DNA of 63,037 nt, filler included, from 4 parts of 4 records of this genome joined end to end with filler, not necessarily neighbours in it; one strand, 5' to 3'. Positions 49,262 to 59,982 are shown, numbered from the whole stretch's first letter. A program made the numbers and translations. Notes: generated by a model not told the origin, from the letters alone.

Positions 49262-50092
49262 TTACTTGGTACCTGTTATTGTAATTGCAGCTAGTAACTC
49301 CTTGTAGTTCATGGTTTTTATATCCTCATCAGAATAAAAAGGACTTAATTTATCTTCATTAAAATGGTACAACTCCCAGCGTTTGTTATGATATTCTAGA
49401 GAAGTAAGATTCTCTATCCAATCGCCAGAGTTTAAGTATAAACAAGTTCCATTTTTATTGACTTTTCGAAGCATTTGAGGTTGATGAATATGTCCACAAA
49501 CAACATATTTATAGCCATTTTCTATAGCTAAATCTGACGCTACTTTTTCAAAATCGGCAATGTATTTAATAGCTTTTTTTACGCTATTCTTTATTTTTTT
49601 TGAAAGGGAGTATTTTTCTCTTCCCATTCCTACTAAAATCCAATTGATAAATTGATTAATCAAGATTAAAAGATCATAACCCCAACCACCTAATTTAGCA
49701 ATCCATTTGGTGTGTTGTATAGATGCATCGAATACATCTCCATGAAAAATCCATGCCTTTTTTCCGTCTAAATTTAAGATAAGCTTATCTAAAATGTGGA
49801 TATTCCCCATGGTTACATCACTAAATTTACGAAGCATTTCATCATGGTTTCCAGTAATATAATAGACTTCTGTACCTTTAGTAGATAAGTCGATTATCTT
49901 TTTAATTACCTGAAGATGGTTTTTAGGGAAATAACGTTTTCTAAACTGCCAAATATCTATTATATCTCCGTTTAGAATTAGCTTTTTAGGCGATATGCTA
50001 TTTAAATAAGAAAGTAATTCTCCAGCATGGCAACCAAAAGTGCCAAGATGAACATCTGAAATTACTACCACGTCTACTTTTCTTTTTCTCAA
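49262..50092 (-). CDS. Metallophosphoesterase, UDP-2,3-diacylglucosamine diphosphatase-like
   Basis: ISDVHLG, LNGDIID, GNHD, HGD, CGHIH, NSGDW. Confidence 0.88.
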   Translation of the reverse strand: MRKRKVDVVVISDVHLGTFGCHAGELLSYLNSISPKKLILNGDIIDIWQFRKRYFPKNHLQVIKKIIDLSTKGTEVYYITGNHDEMLRKFSDVTMGNIHILDKLILNLDGKKAWIFHGDVFDASIQHTKWIAKLGGWGYDLLILINQFINWILVGMGREKYSLSKKIKNSVKKAIKYIADFEKVASDLAIENGYKYVVCGHIHQPQMLRKVNKNGTCLYLNSGDWIENLTSLEYHNKRWELYHFNEDKLSPFYSDEDIKTMNYKELLAAITITGTK

Positions 50093-50369
50093 TCGTAACT
50101 GTTTAATCCCAAAGGGTATAATTTTCTGAGCTCTATGGAGAATCAGTTTTAATTATTTTCAATTGAATTTATTATGTTTTTACACTAGTCAATTGATTAT
50201 TACGAAATAAAGAAAGTTATTCAATCATCGTATTACTTGATAATTAATTATTTATGATTTCTTTGTTAAGAAACACCATATTTTAACATCTTAATATTAA
50301 TTGATGATTACGTATATTTAATTTTTGTTTCTCTTTTTTAAGATTTACATTTGTCAAAACCAAAATTTT

Positions 50370-51440
50370 ATGGCAGGAAATTCCTTTGGAAACCTCTTTA
50401 AGTTAAGTACTTTCGGCGAGTCTCACGGAGAGGCTCTAGGCGGAGTTATAGATGGATGCCCAGCTGGCATCTCTTTAGATTTAAGCAAAATACAATTAGA
50501 CCTCGATAGACGTAAACCTGGGCAATCTGCCATTGTAACTCAACGAAAAGAACCAGATGAAGTTCGTTTTCTTTCCGGAATCTTTGAAGGCAAAACAACA
50601 GGGACGCCAATTGGTTTTATTATAGAAAATACCAATCAGAAATCACACGATTATTCTCATATAAAAGATAGTTACAGACCTTCACATGCAGATTATGTGT
50701 ATGAAAAAAAGTATGGTTTTAGAGATTACCGTGGTGGCGGAAGAAGTTCTGCTAGAGAAACGGCTAGTAGAGTAGTGGCTGGTGCTGTTGCCAAGCAAAT
50801 GTTGGAAGGTGTAAAAATAAATGCTTTTGTTTCTTCCGTAGGAAATATCCATTTAGAAAAACCCTATACAGAACTTGATCTAGCTAATGCAGAAACTAAC
50901 ATTGTACGCTGTCCAGACACAGATTTGGCTGCTAAAATGGAAAATTATATCAAGCAAATTAGAAAAGAAGGAGATACTGTTGGAGGCGTAGTTACCTGTG
51001 TAATTCAGAATGTACCTGTTGGACTTGGAGAGCCTGTATTTGATAAATTACATGCAGAATTAGGAAAAGCAATGCTTTCCATAAATGCTGTAAAAGGATT
51101 TGAATATGGAAGCGGATTTCCAGGTGCCGAAATGAAGGGAAGCCAGCATAACGATTTATACAATGCAGACGGCACTACAAAAACTAACTATTCTGGTGGA
51201 ATTCAAGGAGGTATAAGCAATGGCATGGATATTTATTTTAGAGTAGCTTTTAAACCTGTAGCTACTATAATGCAGACTCAAAAAACTATAGATAATAAGG
51301 GGGAAGAAGTAGAAATGCAGGGAAAAGGTCGTCATGACCCTTGTGTGGTTCCTCGTGCAGTACCTATTGTAGAAGCAATGGCAGCATTGGTTTTAGCCGA
51401 TTATACCTTGATAAATAATAGTTATCTTCATAAAAGATAA
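50370..51440 (+). CDS. aroC: Chorismate synthase
   Basis: [47 protein letters not shown] at 50346-50353 supports ATG 50370. Confidence 0.97.
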   Translation: MAGNSFGNLFKLSTFGESHGEALGGVIDGCPAGISLDLSKIQLDLDRRKPGQSAIVTQRKEPDEVRFLSGIFEGKTTGTPIGFIIENTNQKSHDYSHIKDSYRPSHADYVYEKKYGFRDYRGGGRSSARETASRVVAGAVAKQMLEGVKINAFVSSVGNIHLEKPYTELDLANAETNIVRCPDTDLAAKMENYIKQIRKEGDTVGGVVTCVIQNVPVGLGEPVFDKLHAELGKAMLSINAVKGFEYGSGFPGAEMKGSQHNDLYNADGTTKTNYSGGIQGGISNGMDIYFRVAFKPVATIMQTQKTIDNKGEEVEMQGKGRHDPCVVPRAVPIVEAMAALVLADYTLINNSYLHKR

Positions 51441-51497
51441 ATTCTGTTATATTTGAAGCAGTTTTTATTAACAGATTAACTTAAAACATACATTCAT

Positions 51498-52931
51498 TTG
51501 AAGAAATTAGCATTACATTGGCAAATTATCATTGGATTAGTTCTTGGAATTATTTGGGCTATTTTATCAAGTAAACTTGGTTGGAGTCAGTTTACAATTG
51601 GCTGGATAGCGCCTTTCGGAACTATTTTTATTAATTTATTAAAGCTCATTGCTGTTCCTTTAGTGCTTTTTTCTATTATAAATGGAGTTTCAAATATTGG
51701 AGATCCGTCTAGTTTAGGTAGAATGGGAGGAAAAACCCTTTTAGCATACCTTATTACTACTATTTTAGCGGTTTCCCTTGGATTAGTTTTAGTGAATGTT
51801 ATTAAACCTGGAAAGCTTATAGATGAGCAAAGCAGAATAGATAATAGAATTAGCTACGAATTGTGGGCAGGATCTCAGAATTTAGAAATTAAGGATGGGG
51901 TTAATTATTTACACGATCCTAAATTTCTAGATAGAGCAGAGCGAATTTCAGATTTATCCAGATCAGAATTGAAAGACGCTACCGTAAACGAAAAAATGAA
52001 TACTGCAAATCAGGCAAAAGAAGCAGGACCGCTTCAACCGCTAGTAGATATTGTTCCAGATAATATTTTTAAATCTTTAGCAGATAACGGATTAATGCTT
52101 CAAGTTATATTTTTTGCTCTTTTCTTCGGAATTAGTTTACTCTTTATTCCTGATGAAAAATCAAAACCTGTAGAAGCTTTTATTGATGGAGTTATGGAGG
52201 TGTTTCTTAAAATGGTAGCCTTGATTATGAAGGCAGCTCCATTTTTTGTTTTTGCTCTTCTAGCAGGTGTTGTAAGTAAAATGGCTGGAGACGATATAGG
52301 AAAAGTAGTAGAAATATTTAAAGGGCTAAGTTGGTATTCTCTTACAGTAATGCTTGGTTTAGGTTTAATGATATTTGTAGTATATCCTGCAATTTTTAAA
52401 ATGTTTATAAGAGTTATTTCTTATTTTGGATTCTTTAAAGCAATGAGCCCAGCTCAAACATTAGCTTTTTCTACATCAAGTAGTGCCGCTACGCTTCCAG
52501 TTACAATGGAATGCGTGGAAGATAACTTAGGAGTAGATAAAAAAATAACAAGTTTTGTACTTCCAATTGGAGCTACCGTAAATATGGACGGGACCTGCTT
52601 ATACCAAGCAGTAGCAGTTGTATTTCTTGCTCAATTACACATGATTGATTTAACTATTGCACAGCAATTAACTATAGTGCTAACTGCCACATTAGCCTCT
52701 ATTGGTTCTGCTGCGGTGCCAAGCGCTGGCTTAGTAATGCTTATTATAGTATTGCAATCGGTAGGCCTAAATCCAGCTTGGATTGGTATCATCCTTCCTG
52801 TGGATAGAATTTTAGATATGATGAGAACTGTAGTAAATGTTACTGGAGACGCTACTGTTTGCTCTTTAATTGCTAAAAGTGAAGGAATGCTTAATTATCA
52901 AGAACAAAAAGAGAAGGAAGTTACTGTATGA
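51498..52931 (+). CDS. Dicarboxylate/amino acid:cation symporter (GltP family)
   Basis: AFSTSSSAATLP, PIGATVNMDG, SIGSAAVP, DRILDMMRTVVNV.GD; TATATTTG at 51448-51455. Confidence 0.93.
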   Translation: MKKLALHWQIIIGLVLGIIWAILSSKLGWSQFTIGWIAPFGTIFINLLKLIAVPLVLFSIINGVSNIGDPSSLGRMGGKTLLAYLITTILAVSLGLVLVNVIKPGKLIDEQSRIDNRISYELWAGSQNLEIKDGVNYLHDPKFLDRAERISDLSRSELKDATVNEKMNTANQAKEAGPLQPLVDIVPDNIFKSLADNGLMLQVIFFALFFGISLLFIPDEKSKPVEAFIDGVMEVFLKMVALIMKAAPFFVFALLAGVVSKMAGDDIGKVVEIFKGLSWYSLTVMLGLGLMIFVVYPAIFKMFIRVISYFGFFKAMSPAQTLAFSTSSSAATLPVTMECVEDNLGVDKKITSFVLPIGATVNMDGTCLYQAVAVVFLAQLHMIDLTIAQQLTIVLTATLASIGSAAVPSAGLVMLIIVLQSVGLNPAWIGIILPVDRILDMMRTVVNVTGDATVCSLIAKSEGMLNYQEQKEKEVTV

Positions 52932-54088
52932 TAACTAAGGATATTTTAAAAGACAACGCTGCTTTATTTACTATTGATAAGAATTTAGATAGGCTAATTA
53001 AACGAATAGAGTTACTTAGTTATTTAAATCCTTTAAATACTGAAAAGGAAAAGCATCGTTTCTTTTCTTCTAAATACACAGAAGAACCTATCTTTAAATA
53101 TCCGAAGCAAAATTTTAATGCTTTCAAGCTACAGCGTTCGTTGTTTTCTAATCAATTAGAAAAAATTGAAGATGATGATATTCGCGATTTATACCAAGGG
53201 ATTGTATATTATTATGCCAACATGGTACAAACTGCAGAAGCAATTGGTGAGCGAAAAAAATTCTTTTATAACAGCCTGAAACTTTATGGAACTCCAAAAG
53301 AAAAAGACGTAGCCAATGCCCGTTTTATTCTTCATATAAAAAATGAAAAAGAAGGAGAAAATCAGGAAAAAAAATACACTGCTAGAGATGCGCAGGCGTA
53401 CTTTGAAGAGTTTGTAGAGCGTTATGATTTTCCTTTAAATATAAAATTATCTACTAGTATAGCGGCAGATGCTATGGTATCTAATAGCACACAAACGTTG
53501 TATATTAAAAAGAACGCTAAATTTAACGACAATCAGCTTAAAACGTTAGCAAACCATGAAATAGGCGTTCATATGGTAACTACTTTTAATGGTTTAAATC
53601 AGCCTCTTAAAATATTTTCTAATGGCTTTCCAAAAAATGTAGAAACACAAGAAGGATTGGCTGTATTTAGCGAGTATATGAGTGGCGCCCTCACTTTAAG
53701 TCGACTAAAAATATTAGCGTATAGAGTAATTGCCGCTGATAGTTTGATTAAAGGATATTCATTTTCGGACACTTTCGATTTATTACACAATCAGTATAAA
53801 TTAGATAGAGATAAGGCTTTTATAATAACACTACGAATCCATAGAGGAGGAGGGTTTACAAAAGATTATTTGTATTTAACAGGATTAAAAAAAGTGTATG
53901 AATATTACAAATCTGGGAACAATCTTTCCCCTTTATTAACAGGAAAAGTTTCTTTAGATAGGGTAGATTCTATTGTAAAACTTCAAGAATTAGGACTGGC
54001 TTCAAAATCTATTCATATAACAGATTCTTACTCAGCTAATAAAAACAATAATTCTAGTATTGATTTCATTCTCCATAATCTAAAATAA
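52928..54088 (+). CDS. DUF1704 / QEGLA-motif metallopeptidase (MATCAP-like carboxypeptidase family)
   Basis: NHEIGVH (HExxxH), TQEGLA, GGGFTKDYLY. Confidence 0.85.
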   Translation: MITKDILKDNAALFTIDKNLDRLIKRIELLSYLNPLNTEKEKHRFFSSKYTEEPIFKYPKQNFNAFKLQRSLFSNQLEKIEDDDIRDLYQGIVYYYANMVQTAEAIGERKKFFYNSLKLYGTPKEKDVANARFILHIKNEKEGENQEKKYTARDAQAYFEEFVERYDFPLNIKLSTSIAADAMVSNSTQTLYIKKNAKFNDNQLKTLANHEIGVHMVTTFNGLNQPLKIFSNGFPKNVETQEGLAVFSEYMSGALTLSRLKILAYRVIAADSLIKGYSFSDTFDLLHNQYKLDRDKAFIITLRIHRGGGFTKDYLYLTGLKKVYEYYKSGNNLSPLLTGKVSLDRVDSIVKLQELGLASKSIHITDSYSANKNNNSSIDFILHNLK

Positions 54089-54285
54089 GTAAAACTACTT
54101 ATATTTTCTCATTTTATAAGACACTATCTTAATAAAGTGTTTTGTATACAAATATCATCCCTACACAACAAAAAATTTCATTTAAAATATACAGGAGATA
54201 TTTTTGCTTCTATATAAATAATTTTATACCCAAATCTTATTTATGAAACCTACTTTATGTTTGTAAGCGTAAACTTAGATACCTT

Positions 54286-54687
54286 ATGAAGATGATTAAT
54301 ATTTTTAATTTTTCTAGTGTGAAGAAAGATGAGCGACTTAAAAAAGCAGATATTTCTAAATTAAAAGAAGACTGCTTGGCCGATAAAGAGTATATGAATG
54401 AAATAGTTGCTTTGTTAAATGAAAACATAGAGGAGTTTTATGAAACTACAGCAATTTCTATAAAAGCAAAAGAGCGCTTTTCAATTTCTAGAGCGGCTCA
54501 TAAAGTAAGGAATGGTTTGGAAATGGTTAAAGCCAATTCGCTTCTTGATTATTTAGATATGATCCAAAAGGAATGCCAGCATTTAAACACTTACGATAAT
54601 ATTTCAAATCTAATTTCAGGCTTTAAAAATGAATATATAGCAGTATTAAACGAAATTCGGAAGCAAATAAACGAACTGGATGCTTAA
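54286..54687 (+). CDS. Stand-alone Hpt domain protein
   Basis: Helical bundle with RAAHKVRNG phospho-His motif; TATGTTTG at 54256-54263. Confidence 0.75.
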   Translation: MKMINIFNFSSVKKDERLKKADISKLKEDCLADKEYMNEIVALLNENIEEFYETTAISIKAKERFSISRAAHKVRNGLEMVKANSLLDYLDMIQKECQHLNTYDNISNLISGFKNEYIAVLNEIRKQINELDA

Positions 54688-55066
54688 AAAAACTATTGTT
54701 TTAATAGAAGAGGATCGAATGGTTGCTTCTTTACTGTCGTTTCGGTTAAAGAAAGAGAATTTCAAAGTAGTCGTTTTTGCAAACCTCTCAGCTGCTACAG
54801 ATTTTTTATCCAATAAGCTTTTTGATGTAATAATTTATAGTTTTAGTAGCACAAATTTTAACGGACTATCAATAATTCAAGAGATTGATAAAAAAAACGT
54901 TTTAAATACCCCTGTAATTTTCTTAGCCTCAAATAGTCAACAAGTAGCTTTAATAGAAAACTCAACTTTAGAAATAAATAACTGTGTTCTTAAACCTGTA
55001 GTACCAGAAATTTTGATAGAATTAACTTCAAAAATTGTAGGAAAATATAAAAGTGAAGTTTTATAG
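54680..55066 (+). CDS. Single-domain atypical (pseudo-)receiver protein
   Basis: CheY pattern IVLIEED..FDVIIYS..TPVIFLAS..VLKP; expected phospho-Asp position is Ser. Confidence 0.75.
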   Translation: MLKKTIVLIEEDRMVASLLSFRLKKENFKVVVFANLSAATDFLSNKLFDVIIYSFSSTNFNGLSIIQEIDKKNVLNTPVIFLASNSQQVALIENSTLEINNCVLKPVVPEILIELTSKIVGKYKSEVL

Positions 55067-55183
55067 TAAACTAATCTGGTTAAAAGGACTATTATGATAC
55101 GTTCACATACAAAAAACCAAACTTGACAACAAAATATTTTATATCAAACGAATCTGACTTAAATTTATTGTATAGTTTAAAAG

Positions 55184-55289
55184 TTATTGTGCGCCCTAAA
55201 GCAATAATTACTAAAACTTAAAAAGACTTGCCTCAAGTCTTACCTGAAAACCTACTTACAATCTCCCTAAACATAGGGAGATTTTTTTT
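55184..55289 (+). ncRNA. Candidate structured small RNA or leader with three hairpins
   Basis: ttattgt/gcaataa, aagacttg-cct-caagtctt, and terminator aatctcccta-aaca-tagggagatt+T-run. Confidence 0.35.
55260..55289 (+). terminator. Intrinsic terminator
   Basis: Perfect 10-bp stem aatctcccta/tagggagatt followed by T-run. Confidence 0.8.
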
Positions 55290-55371
55290 GTATCGCTTTT
55301 CCTATAATTAATTTATAGCTTTCTCATTTAGTTTTTTGTATCTTTTGTAAGTTTAATTTAATTTTTAAGTC

Positions 55372-56673
55372 ATGAAAGCTGTGTCAGTTAAATCGTCTTT
55401 TTTATTTCTAATAACATTGTTAATCTTTTGCAATGTTCCTTCCGTAAAAGCTTTTGAATCAGATTTTATAGTAAGCGTACAAGACACCATTAACTTTCAA
55501 GAGTTTAAAGGAACTATTTTTGATGCCACAACTAATGATGAACTTGTATTTGCTACCATAGCTATAGAAAACACCAACATAAGTACGATTACAAATGCGG
55601 AAGGCGGCTTTATTTTAAAAGTTCCAATATCCATGTTAGGTAAGAATCTAACCGTGTCTTTTTTAGGATATCAAAAAAAAATAATTCCTATAAATACGCT
55701 CAGTGTTGAAGACAATGAAATCTCATTATATCCTGTCTCGATAACGCTTTCCCAAGTAGATTTAAGCGCTCCAAAAGATGCGCTAAGTTTGGTTAGAAGT
55801 ATGTTGAATAAAAGTGGGGTTAACTATTTGACTTCTCCAGTTAAAATGACAGCTTTTTATAGAGAAACAATTAAGAAACGAAATAGAGACGCTTCTTTAT
55901 CTGAAGCTGTTGCTTACATCTACAAACAACCTAATTCCAATGGTAAAAGAGATATTGTAGATTTATTTAAATCTAGAAAGCACACTAATTATTCTCGTTT
56001 GGATACAGTAGCATTAAAATTGCAAGGAGGGCCGTTTACTCCCTTGTATGTGGATGTTATGAAGTATCCAGAATATATTTTTACACAGGAACTTATAAAA
56101 CATTACGACTTTAAATTTGATGCTTCTACAACTATAAATAGTAAGTCTGTTTATGTAGTTAATTTTAAACAAAAGGAAAATGTTATAGACCCTCTGTTTT
56201 ATGGCAAATTATTTATAGATGCTGAAAATCATGCTTTGGTAAGTGCTATTTTCAACTTAAATGTTGAAGACCGAGAAAAAGTTAGTGAATTATTAGTTAG
56301 AAGAAAACCAAGTAGAACTGATGTGTATCCTACAGAAGCTTCTTACAGAGTAGATTATAGAATAAAAAATGGAAAGTGGTACTATGGCTACGCAAACGTA
56401 CAACTTACATTTGTTGTTAATAAAAAAGGGAAGTGGTTTAACTCTAAATATCATGTAAAAAGTGAAATGGCTATTACTGATTGGCAAGAAAATGAGGGAG
56501 AAAGAACTGTTAAAAACAAAGACCGAATGAAACCTTCAATCATTATTGTAGATGAAGCTTCTGGGTTTTCAGATCCAGAATTTTGGGGAGCTTATAATGT
56601 TATAGAACCCGAAAAATCTATAGAGTCTGCAATTAATAAAATTCAGCGACAAATAGATAGAAATAAAAGCTAA
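55372..56673 (+). CDS. Carboxypeptidase-like regulatory domain (CarbopepD_reg_2) secreted protein
   Basis: Signal peptide; GTIFDATT..FATI..TITNAEGGF..SFLGY; FYRETIK; DPEFWG.YNVIEP. Confidence 0.8.
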   Translation: MKAVSVKSSFLFLITLLIFCNVPSVKAFESDFIVSVQDTINFQEFKGTIFDATTNDELVFATIAIENTNISTITNAEGGFILKVPISMLGKNLTVSFLGYQKKIIPINTLSVEDNEISLYPVSITLSQVDLSAPKDALSLVRSMLNKSGVNYLTSPVKMTAFYRETIKKRNRDASLSEAVAYIYKQPNSNGKRDIVDLFKSRKHTNYSRLDTVALKLQGGPFTPLYVDVMKYPEYIFTQELIKHYDFKFDASTTINSKSVYVVNFKQKENVIDPLFYGKLFIDAENHALVSAIFNLNVEDREKVSELLVRRKPSRTDVYPTEASYRVDYRIKNGKWYYGYANVQLTFVVNKKGKWFNSKYHVKSEMAITDWQENEGERTVKNKDRMKPSIIIVDEASGFSDPEFWGAYNVIEPEKSIESAINKIQRQIDRNKS

Positions 56674-56715
56674 TTAAATCAAAATAATTTAAATCCCTCA
56701 TTGAGGGTTTTATTC

Positions 56716-56815
56716 NNNNNNNNNNNNNNNNNNNNNNNNNNNNNNNNNNNNNNNNNNNNTTAATTAATTAANNNNNNNNNNNNNNNNNNNNNNNNNNNNN
56801 NNNNNNNNNNNNNNN
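56716..56815. other. Artificial contig-joining linker
   Basis: N44-TTAATTAATTAA-N44; composition jumps from AT-rich to about 50% GC. Confidence 0.98.
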
Positions 56816-56816
56816 C

Positions 56817-57929
56817 AGCGAAGACGACAGCGAAGACGACAGCGATGATGACGGTGAATCTGTGGAATTGACGGATGAAATCTATGCGGAAATGGAGAAA
56901 TTGGGCCTTGATCCCGTGAAAGCTCCCGATGTTTCTCAAGCACAGGAGGATAACCAGATCACTACAATCCCGAGGCCCGCTCGAGTTTTGAGGAAGAAGG
57001 TGGTCCGTGATGGCGCGTACGAGATGGTGTATATGTTAAAACCTACAGAGGAACAAGTTCGCAAAAAGCGCGAAGAGAAAGAGATGAAACAGAAAGAAAA
57101 AGAGAGGAAACGAGAAGAAAAGGAGAAAAAGAAAAAGACCAAGACAATCATGCCCGACGATGATCATGACGGAGTACTCGTGCCGCATGGAGCAAAAGAT
57201 CTTGATGAAGCAGAATCCATTGAAAGGATCCAGACTCCGCCGGAGATACGAATGGAAAGAGAAAAAGCGGAGCTGGAAGAATCTCTTAGGGAGCTTGCAG
57301 ATCTTTTCGAAGGTCCTTTGCCAGGCGAAGAGAGTGGCTCTGAGGACGAGATCCTTAAGGATTCCGAGTACGATCCGGTGGAAGACTATGATCGCAAGCT
57401 CAATTCCACACGAAAGATTATGAATGTCATCTGGTCTCAGTGCAAGATGAACATGACACAGGTGAATCGACACACCTTTTTTTAATTCCTCACGTGCTAA
57501 TTTTCCTTTACAGCAATTGGCGATGCAGGCAAAGTATGAGTCTGAGGATCTATCGAAGGCGCAGCAAGCTTTAAAATTGTGGCTGAAGGTGCTACTTCTG
57601 CTTCCTGAGAGGTGAGTGTTTCATGTGGTTGGATGGAACATTGGTAACGCAAATGGCACCTCGCAGAGACGAAGCGTACAAGGATGTGAAAGCCTTCGAG
57701 GATTGGGAGAATTGGGATGAGAGCAAGGAGAAAGAGGTGAGTTTGCATTGAATGACTGTGGTATTGGTTGCAGCAAAGCTAATCCACCTCTCAGCGGTAT
57801 TACAGGACCAATACTGAAATGGAGGAGCTTTTGAACACTATGGAGAAGGAATATGGAGATCGTTTTATCTACCACGGAATATACCTGTTAGAGAGGATTA
57901 CAACCGAGACAATTGAACTGATGAGCTGA
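56817..57929 (+). CDS. Eukaryotic spliced gene, 5'-truncated, acidic/Lys-rich protein of unknown function
   Basis: Exons <56817-57461, 57514-57611, 57667-57736, 57795-57929; GT-AG introns of 52, 55 and 58 nt (two with GCTAAT branch points) keep the frame open to ..ERITTETIELMS*. Confidence 0.75.
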
Positions 57930-57971
57930 GTAAACTTGTACTCAACTTCCCAATTGGGGTTGTATTCAGTT

Positions 57972-58530
57972 TCACCGCGATTGTGACCAGATTGGGCGGA
58001 AAGTTCCATGAGCCGTCCACCGGTGCAGGCTCCCGGCTGCCGGGCTACGGTGGGTACGACAGCAATGATTGGTCAGTGTGTGCTCGTTGTCCAGGAGCCA
58101 GCCGGGGCATGCTGGGCACTCCTCGCTGTGCGCGGGCCGGCCGTCACATCCTGATCTGTGTCGGCCCCACCCTGACCCGACCCGCCCCCCGACCGGACCA
58201 CGGCCGAACGACCGTCGTTCACGGCGTGCCCGCGCTCGCGGCCGCCCGCCCCTTCCCCCAGTCCAGCCCGGCCCGCGCCGGGAGGACCGTGAGCGCCCGT
58301 GCCCGCCGGCGGGCCCGGGCGCGGGCCCTACGACCAACTGTCCGGCCACTTTCGCCGGCCCCGCCACGGCATGGCCACGGCAGGGCGGCTGAGGAACTGA
58401 GCCCACCGTCGTGGCGACCGCCACGGTGGGTGGAGGGTGCCATGCCATGCCCAGAGGCCTTCGAAACAACCAGTACCGGAAATTACGACACAGGCAGGGT
58501 TTCGATGGTGCCCGGGTCTTGCCAAGAGGT
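57972..58530. promoter_or_regulatory. GC/CpG-rich island upstream of NDUFAF6
   Basis: Abrupt very GC-rich intergenic block with GGGCGG, ATTGG and CCGGAA motifs; overlapping ORFs are low-complexity artefacts. Confidence 0.5.
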
Positions 58531-58614
58531 TTCATTTCTTGGTATATGCACTGCTCTCCTGTCCTAAAGACTTATTGATACGTGTTTAATTATTTTATTT
58601 GAGAAGCCACAGAT

Positions 58615-59967
58615 ATGCTGCTCGGGTTTGTGCGAACGTCCCGAGTGTGGTCAAGGAGGAATTTTTCGTCAAGCGCCACCGCTACATCCGACAGGTTTTG
58701 CATGGATACTGTAAAGTATGCATACAGTGAGCTCGCTAGACGAAGTGGACAACTAATTTGTATCTTTCTAGAAAATATGACTACGAAGGATACCTTGCTT
58801 CTTTACTTATTAAACCAGAGTCCTCACGAAATGCCGTTATGTCTTTTCGTGCCTTTAATGTCGAGACCGCAAGGTAGGGATATCAAGTACTTTTGTCAAT
58901 TTACCATTAATGACGTGCATATTCTAGAGTGCGAGACCAAGTATCGGAACTTCAAGCAGGAAAGCTGCGATTGCAATGGTGGCGCGACGCAGTTGATAGT
59001 GCCGCACATGTGAGTATTCATCGATGACATTATGTGGACAGCTGTGCCAATATCAATGGATACAGAATCGTCCGCTTGAGCAGCCTATAGTACAGAGTCT
59101 TGCCAGGGCTATGTCTGAACACAAGATTACCAAGCAATGGCTACACAGAGTTATTGACGCAAGGGTAATCCATACATGTTGTCGCGCGCAGTAAAGCTCA
59201 TGACATGTAACTTCTTGCTCAGGAGGCAAACCTGAACTATGTCCAGCCCAGAACAGTTGCCGAGTTAGAGGAATATGCTGAGGATAGCGGTGAGACGAAT
59301 GATGGGGTGTCTCGTGAACCTGCTGTTGTTCTAATTCTTGCCCAGCATCATCGCTTTTGTACGCGTCATTGGAAGCCTGTGGATTGCGAGATGTCAAAGC
59401 AGATCATGCCGCAAGTCATTTAGGTGAGTATCCGACTTAGGCAGCTTTCATTTCTAATGCTTCGTGCACAGGTAAAGCTATAGGGATCTGCGCACTTCTT
59501 AGAGGCACACATATCCACTCTAAGTATCGGCGGGTGTACCTTCCAGTGGCTGTCTGTGCTCAGGTACTGGCATATGTGACGAAATTTGTGTTGTGTTGAC
59601 GTTGTTTCTGCAGCACAAACTGCCCACTGAGGACATTTTGAAAGGTGCAGCGGGGCCCGAGCTCCGAGATGTAGTATTTGAGGTGGCTAATGTGGCCAAG
59701 GGGCATTTGGATGGGATGAAGGAAATTGCCAAGGATGTGCCAAAGGAGGCAATCCAAGTTCTCAGAGTATCGGTAGGTGGCCTCATCAATGGGTCATTCA
59801 CCAAGAAATGAGATCATTTATTTGTTTCAATGCAGAACTCCGTTGAGATTTACCTAGACAGACTTCAAGACCATGACTTCAACGTTTTTGATCCTGCGAC
59901 ATTCCAGTACAGTGTACTGCCCTACCAGTGGCAGTTACTGAAGGGCTCTTTTAGAGGAAGCTTGTAA
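58615..59967 (+). CDS. NDUFAF6: Mitochondrial complex I assembly factor NDUFAF6 (squalene/phytoene synthase fold), 9 exons
   Basis: Exons 58615-58715, 58772-58873, 58928-59009, 59066-59164, 59223-59289, 59346-59423, 59472-59563, 59614-59772, 59836-59967. Spliced protein has an Arg/Ser-rich presequence, [56 protein letters not shown]. Confidence 0.92.
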
Positions 59968-59982
59968 AGAATTCACCCCTGC

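Noticed and set aside
57972..58567. Several overlapping Arg/Pro/Gly-rich ORFs
   Set aside because: Expected from stop-codon scarcity in very GC-rich DNA; low complexity and no recognisable motifs
58615..59811. ORF-track proteins of 132, 114, 94, 72 and 65 aa
   Set aside because: Unspliced read-through or antisense fragments of the 9-exon NDUFAF6 gene
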